The notes under the pieces were generated by a model that worked only from the letters and a program-made list of their open reading frames with translations, had not been told where the DNA came from and did not search any database. The translations under genes and the position numbers were made by a program. From NCBI RefSeq assembly GCF_030144855.1, contig NC_082730.1, forward strand, positions 14,756,001 through 14,820,000: a stretch of DNA of 64,000 nucleotides. The letters are read 5' to 3'. Shown here piece after piece: positions 1 to 12,350 of the stretch. Each line of letters begins with the position of its first letter. Within the stretch, counting starts at the first letter, position 1. Source of the stretch: Hypanus sabinus (lineage: Eukaryota).

Positions 1-230
1 TGAAAATCAAACACACTGAAGATTTCAGCAATTCTGTATCTCAACCAGGACTGACCAGTTTGGAATCTCAGCAGTTCATCGACCTCTCTGAGTCTCTGCA
101 TCCTCGCAGCTGCCTGAACTACCGTGTCTGCCATTATCCCAGAACACAGCAGGACTCCAGATCAGGACAGCAGTGATGATACTGTGTATATGTCATTGTG
201 GAAACCAGAGTTACAATCTCTCTGACACAA
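1..230 (-). other. Conserved intron block that precedes type-b C2 exons; the next C2 exon should start about 40 nt left of the window
   Basis: Aligns by eye with 33131-33350 and with the reverse complement of 59300-59517, including 'gtgtttgattttca'. Confidence 0.75.
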
Positions 231-3200
231 GGAGACAGTCCTAGGTGGCACCTAATAGTTTGACTTTGCAATGGCAGAATTTGTGTGTCCAGGAAAACCC
301 CCATAATGTGAAAGCAGGAAATTGTCAGATATGTACAAAATGAGTGGTGACTTTAAGGAGAGAGTATAATTGTGATTTGTTTCAGTGTGCTACAGCTGGA
401 AGGGATTCCATTAGTACTGATATCCATATGAAGCTAACAAGGAATCATGTGAGACTGGAGAATCAGAAAGACCATAGGCCATAAGGCCATAAGAGATAGG
501 AACAGAGTTATGCTGTTCAGTCCGTTGAATCTGCTCCACCATTCCATCATGGCTGATTTATTATCCTTCCATGTGACAAGATAGGCCAAAGCCAGCATGG
601 TTTCCTGAAAGGAAAATCCTGCTTGACAAACATACTGCAATTCTTTGAAGAAATTACAAGCAGACTAGACAAAGGAGATGCAGTAGACATGGTGTACTTG
701 GATTTTCAGAAGGCCTTTGATAAGGTGCCACACATGAGGCTGCTTAGCAAGATAAGAGCCCATGGAATTACAGGGAAGTTACTAGCATGGGTGGAGTATT
801 GTCTGGTTGGCAGAAAACAGAGTGAGAATAAAGAGATTCTATTCTGCTGGTTACCAGTGGAGTTCCACAGGGGTTGTTGTTGGGACTACTGCTCTTTACG
901 ATGTAGGTTAATGATTTTGACTATGGTATTAATGGATTTGTGGCTAAATTTGCTGATGGTATGCAGATAGGTGGAGGAGCGAGCAGTGTTGAGGAGGCAG
1001 AGAGACTTAGATAGCTTAGGGGAATGGGCAAATAAGTGGAAAATGAAATACAACGTTGGAAAGTGTATGAACATCCACTTTGGTGAAAGAAATAAACAGG
1101 CAGACTATTATTGAGATGGGGAGAGAATTCAAAATGCAGAGATGCAAAGGGATTTGGGAGTTCTTGTGCAGGATACCCTAAAGTTTAACCTCCAGGTTGA
1201 GTCATTTGTGAAGAAGGCAAATGCAATGTTGGCATTCATTTCTAGAGGTATAGAATATAAAAAAGCAGGGATGTGATGTTGAGGCTCTATAAGGCACTCG
1301 TGAGACCACACGGAGTATTGTGTGCAGTTTTAGGCTCTTTATTTTAGAAAGGATATACTGATATTGGAGAGGGTTCAGAGAAGATTCACGAGAATGATTC
1401 CAGGAATGAAAAGGTTACAGTATGAGGAACGTCTGGCAGCTCTTGGGCTGTATTCCCTGGAGTTCAGGAGAATGAGAGGGAACCTCATGAAAACATTCCG
1501 AAGATTAGATAGGCTAGACAGATTAGATATGGCAAAGTTATTTTCCCATGATAGGGGATTCTAGGATAAGAGGGCATGACTTCAGGATTGAAGGATGTCC
1601 TTTTAGAACTGAAATGTGGAGAAGTTGCTTTAATCAGAGGATGGTAAATCTGGAACTTGTTGCTCTGAACAGCTCTGGAGGCCAAGTCACTGGGTGTATT
1701 TAAGACAGAGATTGATAGATTATTGATTAGTCAGGGCATCAAAGGGCATGGGGACAACAAGGGAAGTGGGGATAACTGGAAGAATTGGATCAGCCCATGA
1801 TTGAATGGCAGAGCAGACTCGATGGGCTGAATGGCCTACTTCTGCTCCTATATCTCAGGGTCTTATGGTTCAAATCATTTCTCCTGCCTTCTCTCTGTAT
1901 CCTTTGATGCCCTTACTAATGAATAACCAATGAACTTCTGTTTTAAATATATCCAATGATTTGGCCTCCACAACTGCCTGTGGCAATGAATTCCACTGAT
2001 TCACCAGCTTCTTGCTGAAGAAATTCCTCCTGATTGCTCTTTTAAAGGGATGTCCTTCTATTCTGAGTCTGTACCTTCAGGGCCTATACACCCTTGCTGT
2101 TGAAACATCCTCTCCACATCCTCCAGGCTTTTCAACGCTCAATAGCTTTCAATGAGATCATCCCTCATTCTTCTAAACTCTGGTGAGCACGGCCCCAGGG
2201 CCTTCAGACACTCCTTATTCATTAGGGGAGTGTGACTCCATCTGGAATTTAACAGCTGAATCCCTTCAGAATTGACGTACAGAGTTCTTGGGGTACAAGT
2301 CCATTGCTCCCTGTAAGTGGCAACACAACTGGACATAATGGTAATGAAAGCATTCAGCACATTTGCCTTCTTATTTCTACATGGTGGAGACTAAATCTGA
2401 GAAAGCATTTTGTAGCTTCATAAAACTCTGGTTAGGTTACATTGAGAACATAATGTTGCAACACTATAAGAAGGATGTTGAGGTTTTGGAGAGGGTAAAG
2501 AAGCTCACTACGATGTTACCCGGGGTGGCATGGTGGCACAATGGTTACCACAATGCTTTACGGTACCAGTGTCCCAGGTTCAACTCCTGCCACTGTCTGT
2601 AAGGAGTTTGTACTTTCTCCCCATGGCTGTGTGCATTTCCTCCAGGTGTTTTGGTTTCTCCCCTAATTCCAATGACCTACCAGTTGGTAAGTTAATTGGT
2701 CATTGTAAATTGTCCTGTGATTAAGGTATGGTTAAATCTGGGTACTACTGAATGGCATGGCCTGAGCATTGGAAAGGTTGATTCCGTGCTGTTCCAAACA
2801 AACAACCAAATAAGTAAATGTGTTTCCTGGATTGGAGTATATTAACTATGGGGAGAAGTTGGAAAAACTTGGTTTGTGTTTGTTTGAGTGTAGGAGGCTG
2901 TGCAGAGACCTGATAGAAGTCTATAAAGTTCTAGAAGACATAGATGGGGAAGATGGTCAGAATCATTTTCCCAGGGTTGAGGTATTAAACAATAGTAAGC
3001 ATTGTTTTAAAGTAATTGGAGAAAAGTTTAAAGGATGTTTGTAAGACAAGCTTTTCTTTACACTGTGGGTTGTTGTTCGTCCTTCAGAGTCGAAGACGAC
3101 CACGACTTCTGTCAGGTGGACGGTTTGTGACTGTGGGTCCAGTGGTGACTGGTGAAGCCAATCCGGGCCCTGAAAGCTCGCCCACATGAGGGACACATGA

Positions 3201-6200
3201 GGGTAGGTGCTGCGGTGGAAGTGGAGGTAGCTCGGGCCTTACACTGTGGGTGGTGACTGCATGAAACTCAGTCAGAACAGTTGGTAGAAAGGGATATCAT
3301 ATCAATATTTAAGAGGCTTTTGGACATGGACATGAAAAGGGTGGGATTGGAGGGATATGGAACACATGCAATAAGATGGAATTTGTTTAGAATGATATCA
3401 CAGTCAGTGTAGACATGATGGGCCGAAGAGTCTGTTCTTGTGCTGGACTGTATCACAAGTTCTCTCTAACCCCGTTGCTCTATTTCCCACCAGAAATGGA
3501 CTGGATGGGGAGGCGGGAGGCTGATCAGTGGGTGCCGGTGGGTGGATTACGAGAGCACAGAGGGAGAGAGTGCAAGGTAGGGGAGGGAGTGACTGACCCA
3601 TGAAGCAGGGATGGGAAACGGAATAGACTGATCTAGGAGGAATGAACACAATCTGTTGTGATCTGGATCTGATTCCCTTTTTATGCTTTTTGAAGTGTTT
3701 GGATCATGTGTAACGCTTGTTTCTCATTGACCTGTTAATATCAGATTATTAGTTTAGTCTGAATGCAAACCACTGACCATGATATTTCATGCTGTTCAGA
3801 AGCAGGCTAATGTGCTGAGCCTCCCACTGAAAATCAGTGGGTCAGACCCCACACCGGGTGAGAGCAACAAATGGCGTTTCCTGAACCCGTACACTCCCCA
3901 CAGAGGTCTGCATTGCAACAGAGCCTCGGAATATCAGTGCTGCCCTGACACTTCCCAGAGAAAACATGAATCAGACACTTCAATGGAAAACTAAAGTAAA
4001 TTAATGGGAGACCTACCATAAGATACTTGTAAATACACGACAAACATTGGAGAAGTGCCAGATGATGTAATTCCACATCTGTAATGTCCTGTATCATTAG
4101 AGACAAGATTCTCCACAGTAACAGTAAATATTCCCTGGGATGTGTTATCTCTGATTGTCATTCTTCCATACTGCTCATTTTGTCCATTTGTATTCACTAA
4201 TGATGTGCATTGGCGATCCCATATCCAGCACAAATACTTCGGGTCTGAGCGATATATTGGTGCATAGTGCCAATCGATTGTGATCGCTCTTCCCACAACT
4301 CCTCTCACTTTATCTTCTGCCCATAAAGCACCTGAAACTGAGGGAGAAATTTTACAGAATATGGACAGGTAAAATCAAATTTACACAAGCCGATTCTAGA
4401 TTCAAGATTGTTTAATGTCATTTCCAGTGCACAAGTGTAAAAGAGAATGAAATCATTGTTACTCTAATGCAGCACAAAAACACAAAAGATAAACAACATA
4501 GTAATAATAAATAAAGATGTTTTATTTAAGGCTGTTGCTGCATTCTAAGGAAACTGCCCACACTATCAATTGCTATCACTGAATTCCACATTTTCTGAGA
4601 AGACAACAGCATCGTCCCTTATCTCGTGCTCACAGCTCTCCACAAGTAATGGTTTTTATTTGATTGGAGTCAATATTGTCACTGCCCACTAATGTCTCTG
4701 TGTGTTTCCACATTTCTGAGTCAATAGATTACTGATCCAGTCACATTCCAGGCAGGGGAGCACAAGATCAGTGGTGGGTTACTTACTGCAGGTGATTGTG
4801 TGAGACATGATCTACTTGAATTTGAAAAAGCAAGATTTGATTTGGAATAGACTGTGATTTTTGTGCATGGGACATCCTCTTTCAAACAAATATGGCTGAG
4901 TTTTTTGGGAGATAATCAAAGAGACTGAAGAGAGCAGGACAGTGATGTTTAGCCCATGGAGTTTAGCAAGGCCTTTGACAAGATCTTTCATAGTAGACTG
5001 ATCTATAATGTAAGACCACAGTGTAAGCTAACTGGATGGATACTGAATAGGCTTAGTGGAAGGGATCAGATTGTGATCGTGACCTCTGACAACATCAGAC
5101 TTTATCACCAGTGGTGTGCCATCGGGATCAGTGCTGTTATTTGTTAACCACTGTAATTTGTCATTATTATTAATAATTTGTAATGATAGTATAAGTAGCA
5201 TTTTGATAAGTTTTAGATGACACTGTAGTGCGATGGACAGTGGAAAGAGTTGTTGAATTTTATAATGGGATCTGGAAAATGAACCTGTGTTCAGCCACAT
5301 TACACTGTACCAGCACAATCCTTCCACTTGAGTCCATCCCCTTTGCCTGAATTTGAAACATCTACCCCTCTTCTTGCTACCACCATTGGGTAGGAGGTAC
5401 AGGGTTTCTGGACCAGTTTCACTAGCCTCAGCACTGAACTGACTCTGCAGGTGTGGATGCACTTTCGGGGACTCTGCGACTCATGTTCCACGTATCATTT
5501 GTTTACATGTTCCTATTATTTGCATGATTCATCCTCTTTTGCATGTTGAATGTTTGTTAGTTTCTGTTCTGTGTGGCTTGTCGTGGATTCTGTTGTGTTT
5601 CTTTGTTTTGTGAGTATCTGAAAAAAGATGAATCTCTAGATTGTTTATGGTATACATAGTTTGGTAATAAATTCTTGGGAAAATAAACAAACACAACTTA
5701 CACAGTACGGAACGAGGTGTACAACTACATTGGTCCCTGAAAGTGGCAACTCAGTTGGGCAAAGTGGTAATCGAGGCAAATACCTTGCTTGCCTTCATTG
5801 GGTGGGGCATTAAGTACAGTTGGGACGGCATGCTAGAGCTGTAAAGGACATTGACAAGACTTCACCTTGTCCAGAGTAAGAGTGTGATTAATTTAGAGAA
5901 GGTACAGAAAACATCCACAAAGACGTTGCTGGAACTGGAAAGTCTGGGTCATGGGTAGGCTGGGACTGTTTTCCCTGAAGTGAACTCTGCTGAGGGGTGA
6001 CCTCACTTTAAAAATTAAGAGGAACAAAGTTATAGTGGATAATCAGTCTTTATTGCAGAGTAGGGACTTCAAAAATAAAGACTTGTCTGAAGGTGAGAGG
6101 AGAGTCTTGGAGGGCTGGGAGGGGTAGTGTTTTCCACACAGAACAGTGTGTGTGGAAAAGGTCAGAGGAAGTGCTGGAGGTGGGTACAAATACACTATTT

Positions 6201-9200
6201 GAAATACATTTGGACAAGTTCATCTACAGGAAAGCTTTAGAAGAATGTGGACCAAATGTAGGGAAATGGGTGAAGCTCAGGAAGACACTGTGGTCAGCAG
6301 GGATGATTTGGGTGGAAACACCTGTACCCATAACCCGTAACTCTCTGACTATGCAGCATCCTCTCTAAACTGGATCACACTGCTGAAAGTTTACATTCAG
6401 AGTTCTATTTCATTGTAAAGGTGTGATGGCTTATGGACTCACAGCCAATGAGATTACACCTCAATTTCAAAGTTCAAAGTACATTGATTATCTAAGTATG
6501 TACACTATACACAACCTCCAGATCTGTCTCCCTACAGACAGCCACAGAACAAAACAAAAACAAATAGAACCCATTTGGGGGAAAGAACTGTCAAACACCC
6601 AATGTGCAGGAAAAAAATCATGCAAACCATAAAAGTAAGCAAATTACATTCAGAACTGTACTTTGTGAAAACGAGTCACAGTAACAAAGCCAGTTATCAC
6701 TGCGGCTGACTTAGGAGATCATTAATTGAAGGCCACAGCCTCAGTTCAGGATAGAGATATTTCAGCCTTGCAGAGCAAAGTTGAACATTGCCCTTTCCCT
6801 CACCTACAACAGGCATTGTTGTAGTGTTTTACAAGAGATTTGACTGTCATTATCCTGCTCACAATCATGAAATGCAGCAGCCTTGTTTGTATATGTAAAT
6901 CCACTCTTTCTAGTCCTTTCACTATTCGATAGGATTCAATGAGATACCCATCATCAAAGTCAAAGTAAAAATTTGTTATCACAGTGCATACATCTCACCA
7001 CATATAACCCTGAGATTCTTTTTCTGCGGGCATACTTAGCAAATCTACAGAACAGTAACAAGAAACAGGATCAATGGAAAACAAACTATGCAAACTTTGA
7101 CTTTGACTTTCCCCAAACTTGGCCACAAAGCCATCAATACTGTCATCCAAATCATTGACATGAAATGTGAAAAGAAGCGGTTCCAACACAGACCACTGTG
7201 GAAAACCTTGAGTCAATGTCAGCCAAACAGAATGGCACCATTTTGTTCACCCTGTTTGCCTCCTGCTAGCCAGCCAATCTTCTAATCATCCTCAAATCTT
7301 TCCAGTACCACTGTGGCTTCTTCTCCTCAAATCTTTCCAGTACCGTTGTGGCTTCTTCTTTAGCAGCCTCAAGTGTGGCACCTTATCAAAGGCCTTCTAA
7401 AACTCCAAGTAAACAGTATCTACTGACTCTCCTTTGTTTATCCTGCCTGTAATTTCCTTAATGAATCTTAACTTATTTTTCAGGCAAGATTTCCCCTGTA
7501 TGAAACCATTAGTTAAGCATGTGCCTTCAAGTAACCCGAAACCTCATCCTTGATAATGGACTCCAACTAAAACATATAAGATTTTTAAGGAATTGGACAA
7601 GATAGAGGCAAGAAATATGTTCCAGATGCTGGGAGAGTCCAGTACCAGAGGGCATGGTTTGAGAATCAGGGGTACGTCATTTAGGACAGTTTTAAGGAAA
7701 AACTTCTCCCAGAGAGTTATGGGGGTCTGGAATGCACTGCCTCAGAAGGTAGTGGAGGCCAATTCTCTGGATGCTTTCAAAAAGGAGCTAGATAGGTATC
7801 TTATGGATGGGGGTATCAAGGGATATGGGGACAAGGCAGGAACCGGGCATTGATAGTAGTTGATCAACCATGATCTCAAAATGGCAGTGCAGGCCCTAAG
7901 GGCTGAATGGTCTACTTCTGCACCTATTGTCTATCTTCACAACCACTGAAGTCAGGCTAACTGGTCTATAGTTCTCTTTCATTTGCCTCCCTCTCTTAAA
8001 GAGTGGAGGGACATTCCCAATTTTCCAGTCCTAGAAAATGATTCCAGAATCCAGTTACTCTTTAAAGATCACTTCTTATGCCTCCACAATCTCTTCAGTT
8101 GCCTCTTTCAGAACCCTGGGGTGCAGACTAACTGGTCATGGCAACCTATTGACCTTCAGACACCTCAGCTTCCCAGGCACCTCCTTAGTAGCAACTGCAC
8201 TCACTCCAGCCCCCTGACATTCTCGAAGTTCTTTCATAATGGTTATGTCTTCTTCAGAGTTCTTCCTTTTGTTTATATGACAGCGTCACTGTCTCACAAC
8301 ACAAGTATAAATGGCATTCTCTCACTTTTTTTCTGGAGGTGCAAGTCCAACTATGTTTGAGATGCTCCGCATCTTCCAGGAGGAAGTGACAGACTTAACT
8401 GTTCATTACACTTTATTTCTACCCCATGGAAGCTGCAATGTGTAGCTTCCACAAATGCAAAGTAATTCCTTACCCTCACTAGAAGTATAAGAACAGCAGT
8501 AACAGAGTAATAAAGATAAATATTTAAATGTATCCTCCCTTGGAATTAGAACTCACTGGTGCCATTGATTTCTGTCACATAGCTGCAGATCTCTCCGTTG
8601 TTGAAGACTGTCACTTTAACTATTCCACTGTATTCTGCTCCAACTTGATTCGATGCTCTGCAGTAAAAGTGATGGCGCTGCTGGTCGAAGGATTGACAAT
8701 GTAGAGTCAGTTCATCGGTATCTGAGATCTTTGGATGCCCAGATGAGGTTTGTTCATGCCATGTGTACTGAATGGGAAGGGATCCCTGGAGGGACTCACA
8801 GGAAACTGACACTGAGCCCCCGAGACGTGAGACATTTGCTGGTGACAGATATCGAAGCACAGGAACAGACACAGGTTCTGTGGGAAGGAATTCGAAAATC
8901 AGACACTGAATAAACATCTGAAAATCAAACACTCTTCTGCCTCTTTATTAGGTACAAATATTAACCTGATCATTAATGCAAATATCTAGTTAGTCAATCA
9001 GACCATCAGCAACTCACCCCGTCAAAGCATGCAGAAATATTTAACAGTTTCAGTCAAAGTTCAGGCCAGATATCAGAACGCGGAAGTAATGTGATCTAAG
9101 AGCCTTTGACCATGAAATTATTGCAGGTGCCTGATGGGGTAGTTTAAATATCTAAGGAGCTACTAACGTCCTGGGATTTTCACACACAACTGTCTCTAGA

Positions 9201-11359
9201 GTTTACTGAGAATGGTACGAACAACGTGAAACAACATTTACAGAGCAGCAATTCTGTGAACAAAAGTGGCTTTTTAGTGAGAGAGGTCAGAGGAGAATGG
9301 CCAGATGGGGTCGTGCTGACAGAAAGGTGAGAGGAATTCAAATCACCACACGTTACGACAGCGGTGTGTTGAAGAGCATCGAAAAGATCAACACGTCATA
9401 CCTCGAAGTGGATGGGACACAGAAGCAAAAGACAATGAACATACACTCAGTGGCCACTCTATTATGTCCAGGAGGTTTAAAGGCAGCAGCTTGTGAGGTA
9501 TCTGTCACATGTTTGGTGGCTTTCAGGAGAGAATGAATTTGTAACTGGGTTCAGTGACCTGCCGTATAGAGGGAAACATTTGGCTCTGATATTAAAGCAG
9601 CGATACTGAGGGATGGACAGGGTCTGGATAAAGATCATGAAGCATTTATTTTATGGAAAGCACAAATCAATCACTGAGAAACCTACCATAATTTACTCTT
9701 AGTTCTAAATTAAATCTTGTATCGACACCGCTTGTTTCAATTCCACAGCTGTACCATCCTGCATCTCCAGAGTGAAGCTCCTCCATAGTAACAGTAAATA
9801 TTCTCTGTTTTGGCCTATCTGTGATTGACACTCGTCCCCTCCGTCCATGTCGCCCATTTGTTTTCACTAAAACTGAACATTGGATAGTCCATCCATTGCA
9901 CCAATACTTTGTGTGCCAACGGTACTTTGCTTCATATTGACAATCGATTGTGATCGCTCTTCCCACAACTCCTCTTACAGATTTCTCTGCCCACAATGCA
10001 CCTGAAACTGAGGGAGGCATTTTCAGATTTGAGGAGAAAGGAACAAATTAATGCAAACAAATATTTTTGAACATGACGGTGAAAACAGGTCCAGGTCACA
10101 TCCAGCATGTGATCCACGATGCCACAGCCAATGTTTTTGGTCTGAAGTGCAGTCAGTGCCGTTACTGTGTCATTGCTCTCTCCCCTGTGTCAGTACATTG
10201 TGGGTTCACTTCCCACTCCAGAGTCCTGAGCAGAAACCCAGGGCTGACCTTCCACTGCAGTACTGAGGGAGAGCGGCAGTGTTGACCTTTCTGATACGCG
10301 GATTATGTCGACCTTTGAAATGTCCACACAGGTCCCAGCTATTTCATCTAAGATGCTCCCAATTTGTGTGTGTGTGTGTTCAGTCAAGTTTATAAACTGC
10401 AGAAAGAGACTCTTCATAATGTCTGAAACTGTGCCCTCTTATTCTGAAGCAATTTGTAAATATTGTACCTATCAAGTATTCTATGTGTAGTTGGAAGGTG
10501 ACACAACAGTGGTCATTAGTACTTTAGTGTCTAGAAATCCAGGTGTGATCTCAATAACTGTTGGGATACTTTGAGTGCTAAAATCCAATTTATTATTTCT
10601 GGAATTGAAAAAAAAAACAGGTATCAATATTAATAATAGTAAACTGCCGGTTCATCAAAATCCCATCTGGATTGGAAAGGCTGTTAGGGAGAGAAATCTC
10701 TCATCCCTACCACTCTGGTTTACCTTTGACTCCAGATCTGGTAATGTTCTCTGCTAACTGCACTACTGACGTGGCCCAGGAAGAACTTTGATTTCAAGAC
10801 AATAATGGCGAATGTCATAGTGATCCCTGCAGAGTGAGATCAGATTCCAACAAAGGTAAACCTGATATTCCCGCTTAACAGCCTCTAGAAGATTTCTCCA
10901 GCTGGGCATATTCTCTCCCCACCTGGCACTACACTATTCCCCTTTTCTTCTTACCCGCTTCTACTTTTCACCCATCTCGAAACTTCACCCCTTTCCCTCC
11001 CTGTTCCATTTGTCTGTCGTGCTTCACCCACCCTCAGTTCCTGACCTCCTAGTGGACCGAGTCTCACACCTCCCCCTCTCCTATTTACACTACCTCCCTC
11101 TCCACTCACACTTGATGCAGTGTCTTGACCCAAATCGTTGTCATTTCCCATCCCCATGACTGATGCTGCTTGACCTGATGAGTTCCTCCAGGTGTGTACT
11201 CGGATCTTAATTTTCCAATATCCTTTGAGTCTACAGGTATTCAAGCACTGTTGTGGAAACATTGTACGACCCCCAAACTAACAATGACTATGCAAATGTA
11301 CAACGCAGTTGTCACTCACCGGGTAGGAAACCAAAGAGAATAATCGAAAGCCACATCAT
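1..11359 (-). CDS. Gene A (3'-partial, multi-exon): MDIR/CD300-pIgR-like receptor, leader-V-C2-V-(C2 off-window)
   Basis: Four phase-1-compatible exons (11320-11359, 9687-10007, 8557-8877, 4017-4337) with canonical GT/AG sites and open frames. Bases 1-230 are homologous to the intron just upstream of the C2 exon at 32769-33089. Confidence 0.85.
458..2235. mobile_element. Nested CR1 LINE fragments: a plus-strand copy (about 569-1868) inside a minus-strand 3' end
   Basis: ORFs with RT motifs YLDFQKAFDKVPH and ERVQRRFTRMIPG; CR1 tail repeats on both strands. Confidence 0.85.
2522..2818 (+). mobile_element. tRNA-derived V-SINE (HE1-like)
   Basis: tRNA-like head followed by the V-domain core 'ggagtttgtactttctccccatggctgtgtgcatttcctccagg'. 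Confidence 0.7.
3071..3238 (-). mobile_element. 5'-truncated RTE (BovB-like) LINE 3' end with a 13-bp TSD
   Basis: Encodes CPSCGRAFRARIGFTSH; (aac)n tail; TSD ttacactgtgggt at 3058-3070 and 3239-3251. Confidence 0.85.
4017..4337 (-). CDS. Gene A second V-type Ig exon (V1), lacking the canonical B-strand Cys and C-strand Trp
   Basis: Acceptor ctcag|TTTCAG|GT (alternative start 4331); donor TATG|gtaggt; translation GALWAEDKVRGVVGRAITIDWHY..KYLCWIWDRQC..DTGHYRCG..LQVSY. Confidence 0.9.
7200..8230. mobile_element. CR1 fragments (plus-strand 3' end at about 7570-7930 inside a minus-strand copy), with a 36-bp direct duplication near 7287-7360
   Basis: ORF 7593-7853 resembles the CR1 C-terminus; a CR1 tail follows. 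Confidence 0.7.
8557..8877 (-). CDS. Gene A C2-type (FCRL-like) Ig exon (C2a)
   Basis: cccacag|AA..ACCA|gtgagt, 321 nt, phase 1-1; EPVSVPVL..SCES.QGSLPIQYTW..FYCRASN. Confidence 0.92.
8945..9500 (+). mobile_element. Non-autonomous Tc1-like element
   Basis: TIR 'tacactcagtggccact(c)tatta'; Tc1 HTH relic ADRKVRGIQITTRYDSGVLKSI. Confidence 0.7.
9687..10007 (-). CDS. Gene A first V-type Ig exon (V2), CD300/pIgR-like
   Basis: Tandem acceptor (10007/10001); donor TATG|gtaggt; IDC..KYWC-x6-C..DAGWYSCG, i.e. both the canonical and the C-C' disulfide cysteines. Confidence 0.93.
10130..10330 (+). mobile_element. DeuSINE (SacSINE1/AmnSINE1-like) fragment; paralogous copy at about 40040-40200
   Basis: 'cccactccagag..ggctgac..tccactgcagtactgaggga' matches the Deu-domain core as I recall it. 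Confidence 0.6.
11320..11359 (-). CDS. Gene A signal-peptide exon (MMWLSIILFGFLP)
   Basis: ATG..CCCG|gtgagt, phase 1; homologous to the leaders at 43132-43168 and 52915-52942. Confidence 0.85.
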
Positions 11360-11419
11360 TTTATTCACAGGACCAAGCTCAGATCTATCTGTCCTCAGAC
11401 AGAAACAGCTGTGAAATAA

Positions 11420-11462
11420 AAAGGAAGAAGAAGTCAGCAGAAAGTTTGATCAATAAACCACA
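11420..11462 (-). promoter_or_regulatory. Gene A proximal promoter module (ETS-type GGAA plus RUNX-type AACCACA)
   Basis: AGGAAG at 11422-11427 and AACCACA at 11456-11462; the block is homologous to 43230-43273. Confidence 0.55.
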
Positions 11463-11959
11463 GTGACCCAACTGCTGTGTGTATGTGACAATCTGAAAAG
11501 CTTTCAGTTACATTTGGCAATACAGAAACTTTTAAACAATTCCCCAAGACTGAATGAAATGGTGAGAAGTTTTTAAATGGTAAATGCAAGCAACAGCAAG
11601 CAATTTGATCTGAAGGAACAATAAATGGCTGGAGGTTTCCTGATGCAGGGGATGAATCTGAAATGTTGATCAGTCTGCCTGCACAAATCCCACCTGACTC
11701 ACCAAGTTCCTCCAGAAGTTGGAGAAGCAGACTCAGTGGGCCAAATGGCCTACTTCTGCTCTTATATCTTATGGTCTTATGGTCTAAATTTCATTTTTTG
11801 CTTGACTAAAATGTTAGCTGTGGTTAGTCATTGGGGAAGGTGAAAATTTAATGGTGGAAAGGGAAAGAGCCCTTGTTGAGTGCTGTGAGTGAAAATAGAA
11901 CGTTTCATCACCACTAGTCTTGCCCAAAATAGCATCTGATGTCTCTGGGACTATACTCA

Positions 11960-12350
11960 CTGGAGATTATAAGAATGAGAGGGGTTCTCATTGAAACCTA
12001 TTAACTATTGAAAGGTGTATAGAGAGAGTGTGGAGAGGATGTTTCCCATAGTAGGGGAGTCTGGGACCAGACAGCACTGCCTCAGAGAACAAATACGTTC
12101 CTATAGAACAGAGAGGAAAGAATTTTTTTAGACATGCGGTGATAATTCTGTGGAATTCACTGCCACAGACAGCTGCGGAGGCCAAGTCATTGAATATATT
12201 TAAAGTAGATGTTGATAGGTTCTTGATGAGAAAAAAACATCAAAGTTTGCAGGCAGAAGGCAGGACAATGGGGTTCAGAGGTAAATTAAATGAACCATGG
12301 GATAGACTCAAGAGGAAGAATGGCCTAAATCTGCTCCTATGTCTTTTTGT
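11960..12350 (+). mobile_element. CR1 3' fragment
   Basis: LWNSLPQ..AKSLNIFK..DRFL motif. Confidence 0.75.

Larger units (their letters stand above)
2250..3470 (+). mobile_element. Degenerate CR1 3' region interrupted by a SINE and an RTE fragment
   Basis: VLERV..MLPG / PGLE..LGL motifs continue across both insertions. Confidence 0.75.

Noticed and set aside
2522-2600. tRNA gene
   Set aside because: It is the tRNA-derived head of a SINE, with no complete cloverleaf.
4783-4830. Leader exon for V1 (ATG..|gtaagt on the minus strand)
   Set aside because: The peptide MSHTITC is not hydrophobic and lies at the edge of a CR1 fragment.
8878-8932. ORF-track N-termini (MFDFQ.., also 33090-33144 and 59518-59557) as protein starts or upstream acceptors
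   Set aside because: They are translated intron. The ccacag/ctgcag acceptors give uniform 321/315-nt phase-1 exons in all paralogues.
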